Shown one piece after another: positions 1-8,309 of a stretch of DNA of 13,170 nt. Under the pieces are notes generated by a model. It was not told the origin of the DNA, did not search any database, and was given only the letters and a program-made list of their open reading frames with translations. Position 1 is the stretch's first letter; the number at the start of each line of letters is the position of its first letter. Source of the stretch: Selaginella moellendorffii (lineage: Eukaryota; Plantae; Lycopodiophyta). Location: positions 1 to 13,170 of the forward strand of contig NW_003314557.1 in NCBI RefSeq assembly GCF_000143415.4. Reading direction: 5' to 3'. Position numbers and translations under genes: made by a program.

Positions 1-450
1 AAAAAAGATTGTTCAAGGTGTTGTAGATCTCCCTGACTGATCAATGGAATGATGGTGAGTGTAGTCAGATATGCAAAACCGGGGGAGTTGTCAATAGCTT
101 TTTGAGATCTACGAATGCTTGCTCACAATCTGGAGACCAGATGAAAGATGATATTGATGGCTTCAGTAATGCTGACAATGGTGCGGTGCGATTAGAAAGA
201 TGATCTACAAAACGACCGAGATACTGCAATTTGCCTAGAAAGTGTTACACATCATTCACACACTTCGGAGAAGGGAACTTTAGAACAACCACAAGTTTGT
301 CAAAATCAACTTGCAAACCCTCACGAGAAATACAGTACCCAAGATAAGTCATGTTCTTGAACCCAAACATGCATTTCGACCGCTTCAGTTTTAAACCAAC
401 ATTTTGTAGCCGATCCAACACTTTACAAACATCACAGACATATTCCTCCC
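1..450 (-). pseudogene. Outer element RT C-terminal/thumb region
   Basis: Reads EEYVCDVCKVLDRLQNVGLKLKRSKCMFG..YLGYCIS..KFPSPKCVNDV*, then LGKLQYLGRFVDHLSNRTAPL..WSPDCEQAFVDLKKLLTTPPVL. Joins 1500+ as TWEEY once the 451-1499 insertion and one TSD copy are removed. Confidence 0.85.
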
Positions 451-643
451 TATAAGCAATTAAAGAGAACAACTCAAGAGACGATCTATAGGGGTTCAAA
501 TATAGAGGGAAAGGGCCTATGAACAAGAGTGGAACCCCTTTTCATTGGTTAAGGATCTTGAGATATTTGGGGTTAAGCGTCTTTGGGTTTGAATAATACT
601 GGGCTGGGTGACCTCCCAGGAAGTCCAAATTCAGGAGCTTACA
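451..643 (+). repeat. 5' LTR of the Cassandra-like TRIM
   Basis: Ends GCTTACA directly before TT+PBS. Positions 482-581 are similar (~85% by eye) to the ends of the downstream units. Confidence 0.8.
571..626 (+). promoter_or_regulatory. 5S rRNA-derived segment (Pol III type-1 internal control region: A-box/IE/C-box) in the Cassandra LTR
   Basis: GGTTAAGCGTCTTTGGGTTTGAATAATACTGGGCTGGGTGACCTCCCAGGAAGTCC aligns without gaps to the plant 5S core as I recall it (AGTTAAGCGTGCTTGGGCGAGAGTAGTACTAGGATGGGTGACCTCCTGGGAAGTCC), about 44/56 identical. Not a full 5S gene. Confidence 0.85.
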
Positions 644-645
644 TT

Positions 646-656
646 TGGTATCAGAG
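646..656 (+). other. Primer-binding site (tRNA-iMet) of the TRIM
   Basis: TGGTATCAGAG, 2 nt after the LTR end. Confidence 0.9.
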
Positions 657-751
657 AAGTCTCAGGTCCAACTCTGATGGTTGGCTAGGGGAATCACACC
701 ATATGTTAATCGACATTTGGTAGGTCCAGTTTGCTCCCGACTGGGCTCGAC

Positions 752-1492
752 CCGAGGGGTAGGTGTCAAGAGAGCAGGGCTCTCAAAAGAGCTGTAGCTC
801 TTAACTTTCGTTCACGAGAGCATGAACTTGCAGAAAAGCATGATCCATAGAGTGAAAGAGCCCACATAGCATAGATTCATAGTTCGATCCATAGGGGTTC
901 AAATGTAAAGGGAAAGGGTCTATGAACATAGGGGTTCAAATGTAGAGGGAAAGGGTCTATGAACATAGGGGTTCAAATGTAGAGGGAAAGGGTCTATGAA
1001 CATAGGGGTTCAAATGTAGAGGGAAAGGGTCTATGAACATAGGGGTTCAAATGTAAAGGGAAAGGGTCTATGAACATAAGGGTTCAAATGTAAAGGGAAA
1101 GGGTCTATGAACATAGGGGTTCAAATGTAGAGGGAAAGGGTCTATGAACATAGGGGTTCAAATGTAGAGGGAAAGGGTCTATGAACAAGAGTGCACCTGC
1201 TTTTCCAACTAGTTAAAGTTCTTGGGATATTTGGGGTTAAGTGTCCCCAAACCAAGGGGTAGGTGTCAAGAGAGCAGGGCTCTCAAAAGAGCTGTAGCTC
1301 TTAACTTTCGTTCACGAGAGCGTGAATTTGTAGGAAAGCATGATCCATAGAGTGAAAGAGCCCACATAGCGTAGATCCATAGTTCGATCCATAGGGGTTC
1401 AAATGTAGAGGGAAAGGGTCTATGAACAAGAGTGCACCTGCTTTTCCAATTGGTTAAAGTTCTTGGGATATTTGGGGTTAAGTGTCCCCAAA
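752..1492 (+). repeat. Two tandem LTR-like units (752-1251 and 1252-1492), each with a ~241-bp core starting with a purine-rich tract (RAGGGGTAGG)
   Basis: CC(G/A)AGGGGTAGGTGTCAAGAGAGCAGGG... recurs at 752 and 1252. The first unit is 259 bp longer because it has 7 extra 37-mers. Confidence 0.85.
892..1187 (+). repeat. Minisatellite, 8 x 37 bp (TAGGGGTTCAAATGTAGAGGGAAAGGGTCTATGAACA)
   Basis: Units start at 892, 929, 966, 1003, 1040, 1077, 1114 and 1151. Single copies also occur at 489 and 1392. No spacers. Confidence 0.97.
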
Positions 1493-1499
1493 GCTTACA

Positions 1500-2230
1500 C
1501 TCCCACGTGCTTCCTAGTGGATCAAGACATCATCAATGAAGTTAGCAGTCACCTTTGGCATATCACAAAGAACCTTATCCATCATTTGGTACAAAATTGC
1601 TGGAGCATTGTTTAAACCAAATAGCATCACCAAGAACTTGTATAAACCAAATGGTGTATAAAAAGCAGTCTTAGGAATATCTTATTTGGCCATCGGTACT
1701 TGCCAATACACAGAAGCAAGATTTACTTTGGTGAACCAATGACTCATTATTCAAACGAAATAGCATCACCAAGAACTCGTATAAACTAAATGGTGTACAA
1801 AAAGTAGTCTTAGGAATATCTTCTTCGGCCATCAGTACTTGCCAATACCCAAAAGTAATATTTACTTTGGTGAACTAACGACTTCTCCTCAAACGATCCA
1901 AGAGATTAGTAGTGTGAGGAAGAGGGTACAAATTCGGGATCGTCACTTTGTTTAATAGACGATAATCAATGTAGAAATGAATACTCCTATCAGGCTTCGT
2001 CACAAAATGAGGTTCACATGCCCAAGGACTCCGTGATTTTCGAATAACACCCTTCTCTAACATCTCCTTGACATTTGCACGTAAAATCTTGATCTCCTTG
2101 GGTGATTGATGACAAATAGAAACCTTGATTAGACAAGCATCCCAGGTTGGAATCGAATGACATGTAGCAATCTTGGTCCCAGATGATAGGTCAAATTCAA
2201 AGAGATTAGTATACTCCTGCATGAGCTGGT
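1500..2230 (-). pseudogene. Outer element reverse transcriptase (N-terminal and catalytic part)
   Basis: EMLEKGVIRKSRSPW..FVTKPD..FYIDYRLLNKVT..YPLP; GYWQV..EEDIPKTTFCTPF; NAPA; catalytic FIDD at 1540-1529. Confidence 0.9.
1606..1883. repeat. 139-bp tandem duplication inside the outer RT
   Basis: 1606-1744 versus 1745-1883: 16 mismatches by hand count, mostly transitions. The length is not a multiple of 3. Confidence 0.92.
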
Positions 2231-2419
2231 CAACCGCTACAACATAAATACTATTGAAGGGATCGGAAAACGGAGAGTAGAATAAGACAAAAACATAGGA
2301 AGAAGTAGTGGGGAGACAAAAGTAATGGAAGCAGAGGTAGAAACAAAGGGACAAAAAGGTACGAAAGTGAGAGGAATGAATGAAATATAAGGAAATATAA
2401 GACAAGGGGGAGAAGCCTT

Positions 2420-2700
2420 AAAGTACACTTGGCATGATTTTGCTGTAACCAATCCATACCAAGGATGAGGTTAAAATCTTGACTCGGCACCACCCATAAT
2501 GATTATAACCCAAGTTCGAGATCACTTACACATACAACTAAGTCTGCCTCATCCCGTGCACATGTATGTGTATAGCCGTTACCATAAAGAATGAAAACTG
2601 GCTCTACTGCATGACGCAAGTGTAGATGGCAATATGTAGCAACAGATTGAGCAATAAAAGATAAACTCAAACCTATATCAACTAACAGGAAGAGAATAAT
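2420..2700 (-). pseudogene. Outer element aspartic protease (decayed)
   Basis: LLVDIGLSLSFIA (D-T/S-G motif changed to DIG, 2679-2671) and C-terminal FNLILGMDWL. Confidence 0.8.
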
Positions 2701-2787
2701 AGGAGACCTCTTATTACAAAAACAAGCTTAGAAAATAAACACTGAATGAATTGGTGCCAAGTGAACCCCTTGATAATACTTCTGAAA

Positions 2788-2856
2788 GGAAGGTGGAGGG
2801 GTCATTGATTTACTCACGCAAGATCCTTCCGTTACTTACGTGACTCCTTGTTTCCC
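2788..2856 (-). promoter_or_regulatory. Putative -1 programmed ribosomal frameshift signal (slippery heptamer plus H-type pseudoknot)
   Basis: G GGA AAC in gag phase (2856-2850), 6-nt spacer, stem TCACGTAAG/CTTGCGTGA. Loop GGAAGG can pair with downstream CCTTCC. The -1 frame is the protease frame. Confidence 0.75.
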
Positions 2857-3630
2857 AAATGTATCTTAGTGTCTAGACCTTCCACTGCAACAGCACTAAC
2901 AAGACGTTGTTGACGCCAAGGTCTCCACCCAGGAAATGAAGGTTGCCAATCCGAAAAATGCTGACAATGCCGATAAGTGTGACCAACTTCATCACACACC
3001 CAGCAGGGAATATCACGGCCACAACCACGTCTTCGCCATTGTCCTTAGACTCGAGTTGCAGCAACATAAACCTCCATTAGAACAAGACCATCACCTATAG
3101 GAAGTGGAGCTGAAGGACGTGTAGTGAGAAGTGGAAGAGGCAATGTCTCGTAACATTGTGCCAAGCGAAGAGTATCGTCAAGGGTCGCTAGAGCAAGTCC
3201 TGCACAAGTCTAACAAGATCTTGATGAAGTGCTGGCCACAACATTCCTAGCTTGATTTGCTGCAATATATTTGGCTCCGCACAAAGCAAAAGGCTTCGAA
3301 AACAAATGCCAAATTGCATCACCAACTCGGATGGCCCTTGACGAAGATGATGCAATTGTTGGAAGGCATTATCACAATTGTTGGCATGTCCGAATGCGTG
3401 TTTGAAGATGTTCAGGAGAACACACCAATACCTACGAGTGGCGGCGCTTAAACCATTATACCATTGTAATGCCGTCCCTTGGAGACACATGGGAAACTCA
3501 TGCAAACGGTGAATGATATATGGCAATCACTGTGAAGTGATCGAACCAATGGTACACATCATCCCCAAGATTCCTACGAAAGAACTTCAGCTGAATGCGA
3601 GGATTAGCACCAAGAGCAGGAAGAGCTGTA
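2832..3630 (-). pseudogene. Outer element gag (its 5' part is displaced by the chromovirus insertion)
   Basis: Retrotransposon-gag-like LQGTALQWYNGL..AFQQLHHLRQGPSE; zinc knuckle CWVCDEVGHTYRHC at 3005-2964; stop at 2834-2832. Confidence 0.85.
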
Positions 3631-4809
3631 TGTAAGCCACAAATTTTTCCTTTCCAATTTGCCAGTTTACCTCGTCTACCCATCCAACACTGCCTTGGCT
3701 TTTGCTAAGTTCCCTCGCCAAGGTTCCCGCTTATGGTACCAGCTCCTACTTGGTCCTACTTGGTTTCAACTACTCACTGCATGAGCAACAGAGTGTTAGC
3801 CATCCATCCACGGATTCCCAAATCTCTCCCAATCCCCCTCCCTGGGTTAGATTGGACTTAAGGTTCAGCTACATTCCCCGCAGGCACAAGCAGCCAAACA
3901 CACCAAGCCTCTAGGTTCCTAACATCCCTTGGTACCACAAGACTTGATCATGGGACCCTCTAAATCCCAAGTCTTGAGTGCAACACTTGCTTCGGGACGC
4001 CGGGGCGAAACACGGCCCGGTATGGGTACCTCTACCCCCCCACTTCCATCCCGAAGGAAGGCCCAAGCCCCTAGGAAGGGCGAGGACCAATGAGCCGCAT
4101 GGTACTCAAGTGAGGCACCACTCCACATGAGCCGGGAGCACCGCAATCGGTTTCCCTTTCGGGAGTGGGAGCTGCTCTTGAGCACTTCCTTGGATGGCCC
4201 CTCCGGCACCAACCAAGTCCATACTCACTCCCACCCAAGGCCCCTCGGTCCCAGTTTCAACCTCAAGTCGGTTTGGAAGCCCCACTGGAGAGTCCCTTCA
4301 AAACTGGTTCCTGGACCTCACTATCCCTACTATACTTTTGGAACCCCCTGCAGCCCCCCCCCCCCCCCTCCCCTCCCCCTGGGAGATGCATGCTTTGGGC
4401 TTTCACCCCTTGACCTGTATTAGTATTCGGACTCGGTCTCGGGCTCGATCTCGGACCCGACTTCGGATTCAGTCTCGGACTCGATCTCAGACCCGATCTT
4501 GAACTCGACTTCGGACCCGATTCTCAAATCTCGGACCCGATCTCAAACTCGACTTCGGACCCAATTCTCGAATCTCAGACCCGATCTCGGACTCGACTTC
4601 GGACCTGATTCTCGAATCTCGGACTCCGTCTCAAACTCGGTCTCTGAGTCAGCCTCGGACTCGATTCTAGACTCTATCTCGAACTCGGTCTCAGAGTCGG
4701 TCTTGGACTCGATCTCAGACTCGGTCCCATCCGATGAACTCTTTGTCATTTTGGTCATGCTTTCAGGGATCCTTTAGCCTATGACACCTCGGGGAGTTGG
4801 TTCCTTACA
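3631..4809 (-). repeat. 3' LTR of the chromovirus (1179 bp)
   Basis: Terminal inverted repeat TGTAAG...CTTACA. Matches 12699-13170 with ~32 substitutions in the first ~380 bp. Confidence 0.92.
4425..4725. repeat. Degenerate 6/12-bp CpG-rich tandem repeat in the LTR, with a 3 x 44-bp higher-order repeat (4495-4626)
   Basis: TCTCGG/ACTCGA/ACCCGA units; 44-mers start at 4495, 4539 and 4583. Confidence 0.85.
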
Positions 4810-4821
4810 ACTCCACCACCC
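4810..4821 (-). other. Polypurine tract
   Basis: GGGTGGTGGAGT on the - strand, immediately before the 3' LTR. Confidence 0.7.
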
Positions 4822-5191
4822 ATAGAAGAAGTTCAATGCCCACATCAAACATCTCTTTTTATCCTACGACTTGTTGACCATGTCTCCGGGGGCATCTCCC
4901 CACTTAGCGGTATGCCTAAGTTAGCCTCCCTGGCCAAGAGCCCATGACAACGGAATATAGGTGTCCCTATACTCCTCACCCCACCACGCCCTAGTATGGG
5001 GTTGGGACTTGAACCCACCCTTGCTTTACTAGGGGGTTGGGACTCAAACCCAACCTCCGTAGAATACATCTACGGATTTGACATCCCTGTGGGGAGTTGG
5101 GCGTAGTTCTCTACGCCTGGTCGACCTAGCTAACCCATGCGCGCCTTCAGGTCCTAACATATGCCATTGCTCAACTTCACAAATTGATATT

Positions 5192-5410
5192 TTAATTGAA
5201 CTTTGCATAAGTACATAGAGTTCTGCCTTGCAGAAATTCCTCCACTAGATCTCACACATTCACTAGGTTCTCCTTTGGTTCCCATGTTGCTTTGCAGTGC
5301 GGAAATCCTTTCCACTTCACATGGAACTCTCTCACCTCGCATCCTTGTCCCTTGCTCTTGTGCGCATTAAGGATGGCCTCGACTTCGTATTCCTCTTCCC
5401 TTTGGATAAC
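5192..5410 (-). pseudogene. Integrase C-terminal chromodomain (group I type)
   Basis: EEEYEVEAILNAH..EFHVKWKGFPHCKATWEPKENL with aromatic-cage residues. The TGA at 5252 is probably a CGA decay; the frame continues DLVEEFL to TAA at 5194-5192. Confidence 0.88.
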
Positions 5411-5573
5411 CTCAGGTAAAGGCTTTACTTGGTCCTTGCGAAGCGGATCCTCAAAGTACGGCTTGAGTAAGTTCACGTGGAACACTGGGTGCATCTTCCC
5501 CATCTCTCGAGGAAGTCGGAGACAATAAGCCACTTTACTGATTCATGCCTCAATCTCATAAGGCCCCGCGAAC

Positions 5574-5624
5574 CTGCTCAAGGAACTCAAGATCAATTCA
5601 TTTACGGAATATATGCATCTTTAC
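5574..5624 (-). other. Putative 51-nt spliceosomal (GT-AG) intron in the integrase GPY/F region
   Basis: CAAAG|GTAAAG...CCTTGAGCAG|GTTCGCG. Removal gives CAA AGG TTC GCG GGG CCT TAT (QRFAGPY); retention gives an immediate TAA. Confidence 0.8.
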
Positions 5625-6042
5625 CTTTGGGTCAACTTCCGGTTGATCCCACTTAGTAGCCTGAGGTTCTTGGTGTTCAGCCACACCTTCTACCCAGCTT
5701 GGAACTCTACATCCTGACGCTTTTGGTTCACATACTTGGTTTGCCTTTGTTGAGCTCATTCCAAGGAATCCCTCACTATATTCCAAATGTTGAGTCTTTC
5801 CGCTGTGAATGCCTCCACTGCGGGTAACTCTCCATGATACTCGGCCACACCAAGCTCCACAAGACCTTCAATAGCTCGCCCATTGATGACTTCCCATGGA
5901 CTCACCCCGATACTCAAATGTGGTGAGTTGTTATAACACATTTTCGCAAGTCCCAAATGACTTACCCAATCGGTTTGGTCTTCTGAGACATAGCATTGCA
6001 AATAATCCTCAAGCTGCCTATTCACCCTTTCTGTTTGTCCGT

Positions 6043-6089
6043 CTGTCAAAAAGTGTTAGTGCCATCAAACTTGACTTAATACCCCATAC
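6043..6089 (-). other. Putative 47-nt spliceosomal (GT-AG) intron in the integrase core
   Basis: ACAG|GTATGG...CTAAC(branch)ACTTTTTGACAG|ACGG. Removal restores HPQTDGQTE and repairs the frameshift. Confidence 0.85.
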
Positions 6090-6620
6090 CTGTCTGTGGG
6101 TGATAGGCTATGCTGAATTTTAACTTGGTGCAATACTGTTCCAGGAGAGTTCTCCAGAACCTACTGGTGAAGATTTTATCTCGATCTGAGATAATCTCTT
6201 CTGGCCTTCCCCGCACTCGAACCACTTGTTCGAAGAACAGCTTCGCCACACCTTCCGCATCCACTTCCATTGTGGTGGGTATGAAATGTGCTATCTTTGA
6301 AAATCCGTCCACCTCCACGAATATCGCATCGAACCCCCTGCTTGGGGGGAGTCCCGTGATGAAGTCCATCGTAAGACATTTCCACGGACGATCTGGAATT
6401 GGGATGCTTTGCAACAAGCCCCCACTAGCCTTAGTCATGGCTTTGACCTGTTGACATATTGGACATGTCTTTACATAGTCTTGGATGTCCTTAGCCATCT
6501 CTGGCTAGTGATACTTCCTCTTGAGTAAGCCCATCGTCTTGGGCACTCCACCGTGTCCCGCAAGAGGTCCGTCATGACACTCCTCCAAGGCTACTTTCCT
6601 TAGTTCCCCTTCTGGGACAT

Positions 6621-7946
6621 ACACCCTCGTTTGCTTGTAATAGATGAGTCCATTGTATTCCACATAGCCCGTTTTCTCTTCCGTTGGCAGCTCACCTCTC
6701 TGATGAGCTTCCCATGCTTCCAGATTCCGCAGCAACACTTCTTGTGCTAGACCATCGTTCTCATATGTTGTCCGCACATCATCCCAAAAGGTTGCTGTTG
6801 CACTGGATATTGCTAACTTCAAGCTCGCTTTTCGATTTAGCGCATCCGCCATGATGTTGCTCTTCCTAGGCTTGTACAAAATCTCACAATCAAACTTGGC
6901 CAAAGCATTGGCCCACCGACCTTGTTTCCCTCTCAGGTCGAGCTGTGACAAGAAGTGTTTCGTTGCCATATTGTCCGTGTAAACCTTGAAATGTCTCCCA
7001 AGGTAGTGTCGCCACTCCTTGAGCACCTTAACCACCGCAAACAATTTCTTCTCGTGGGCAGGCCACTTCCGTTGAGCCTTGTCCAACTTCTTCGAGAAGA
7101 ACGCTACTGGGTGATTGTCTTGCTTCAAAACTGCGCCCAACGCAAAGTCTGAAGCATCTGTTTCTACTTCAAAGTCCTTACCAAAGTCTGGTAATGTCAA
7201 TACGGGAGCCTTCCTCAACTTCCCTTTGAGGTGGACAAATGCCACCTTGTATTCTGCTGTCCATACCATCTTCCCTTTTCCCGTTTGGTCCGTTAAGGGC
7301 AAGGTTACTCTCGAATAGTGTTTAATAAACTTTTGGTAGTAGTTGCATAGCCCCAAGAATGCCCTTAACTCGTGTACATTCTATAGTCACTCCTAATCTT
7401 GGATCGCTTGGACCTTCTCAGGGTCCACTTTGAGCCCGTCCTTGCCCACCACATGCCCGAGAAACTTTACCTTTTGTTGAGCAAAGTCACATTTGCTCTC
7501 TTTAGCATACAGCTGGTGTTCCCTTAGTTTCTCAAACTCCTTTGTCAAGTGTTCGACATGCTCCTCTAGCGTTTTGTTATAGATCAGGATGTCGTCAATA
7601 TAGACGACCACAAAGTGATCCAGATAGGGTACAAAGATGTGGTTCATCAACGCCGAAAATGTTGCCGGCGCATTGCATAGCCCGAAGGGCATCACTAGAA
7701 ACTCAAAGCTCCCATACCTTGTTCGACAGGTTGTCTTCTCGACATCTTCCTCTGCTACCCTAATTTGGTAGTATCCTGACCTTAAGTCAATCCTCGAGAA
7801 GTATTTTGCCTTTCCCAACCTATCGAACAGGTCCTCAATCCTTGGCAAAGGTTATTTGTTCTTCTTTGTATACTTGTTGAGCAACTGGTAGTCTATGCAC
7901 ATGCGCATAGATCCATCTTTCTTTTTCACAAATAATATCAACACCC
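6621..7946 (-). pseudogene. Reverse transcriptase (YIDD) and RNase H of the chromovirus
   Basis: [49 protein letters not shown]; RNase H ETDASDFALGAVL..WRHYL..VYTDN..ADAL. Single frame with in-frame stops, mostly TGG/CGA/CAG decays. Confidence 0.95.
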
Positions 7947-7956
7947 CTTCCTCGTC

Positions 7957-8144
7957 CTCCAGGGTTCCCTGCCAAGCCGGCGTTTGCACCAATCCTCTGG
8001 AGCTTACGGCCGTTCAACAATCTCCAGGGAGCTCTTCCGCCAACCTTGGGAGGATGCTTCAACCTCTCCACCATCGACTTGAGCAGCAACACCATCCCTG
8101 ACGAGATCTTCGACCTGGAGCTGGAAAGCTTGGCTCTCGCCATG
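7957..8144 (+). pseudogene. Captured plant leucine-rich-repeat (LRR-RLK/RLP-type) gene fragment
   Basis: LQGSLP..GVCTN.LELT / [42 protein letters not shown] fits the plant extracellular LRR consensus LxxLxLxxNxLxGxIPxxL, with small deletions and frameshifts. Confidence 0.75.
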
Positions 8145-8309
8145 AAAAAGGCCTCTCTCGTCGTCAAACTCTTCCAGCTCCTGCAAAGTCATCCAGAGCT
8201 TGGATTTGTCGATCGTATTCTTAAATACAGATTGAAATATAATTCTATGTAAGCTTTGTATTTTATTTATCAAACAAATGAAAACTCTCTGGAAACATTG
8301 GGATCCAAC

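Larger units (their letters stand above)
451..1499 (+). mobile_element. Cassandra-like TRIM (non-autonomous LTR retroelement) with rearranged and duplicated 3' LTR
   Basis: 5-bp TSD CTCCC at 446-450 and 1500-1504. Termini TATAAGC (decayed TGTAAGC)...GCTTACA. LTR1 (451-643) is followed by the PBS TGGTATCAGAG. The LTR contains a 5S rRNA-like block. No coding capacity. Confidence 0.85.
1..3630 (-). mobile_element. Outer, degenerate Ty3/Gypsy LTR retrotransposon internal region (gag-PR-RT), cut by the window edge and interrupted by two younger insertions
   Basis: On the - strand the order is gag (3630-2832), protease (~2700-2420), RT (~2230-1). It has many stops and frameshifts. No LTR of this element lies in the window. 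Confidence 0.9.
5411..6620 (-). pseudogene. Integrase (HHCC zinc finger, DDE core, GPY/F), split by two intron-like inserts
   Basis: ECHDGPLAGHGG..CPICQQ; TMDFITGLP; IISDRD; HPQT|DGQTERVNRQLE; KLTQR|FAGPY; MHPVFHVNLLKPY. Confidence 0.93.

Noticed and set aside
571-626. Functional 5S rRNA gene
   Set aside because: Only ~56 nt of the ~120-nt gene is present, embedded in an LTR as expected for Cassandra.
892-1187. CRISPR-like array of 37-bp repeats
   Set aside because: Units are head-to-tail with no spacers, there are no cas genes, and the context is a plant TE.
2237-2452. Hydrophobic ORFs suggesting a membrane or env-like protein
   Set aside because: Pyrimidine-rich, decayed protease-RT linker that reads hydrophobic in all three frames; wrong position for env.
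2782-2839. 58-nt GTAAGT...CCTTTCAG intron at the outer gag/pol junction
   Set aside because: Excision does not give the protease frame. The GT probably arose by C>T decay, and a -1 frameshift pseudoknot explains the region better.
4499-4777. Ser/Asp/Glu/Arg-rich ORFs on both strands
   Set aside because: By-products of the stop-poor tandem repeat within the LTR.
8145-8224. Possible further captured gene fragment between the LRR piece and Dof unit A
   Set aside because: GC-richer and coding-like, but I cannot recognise a motif in either orientation.
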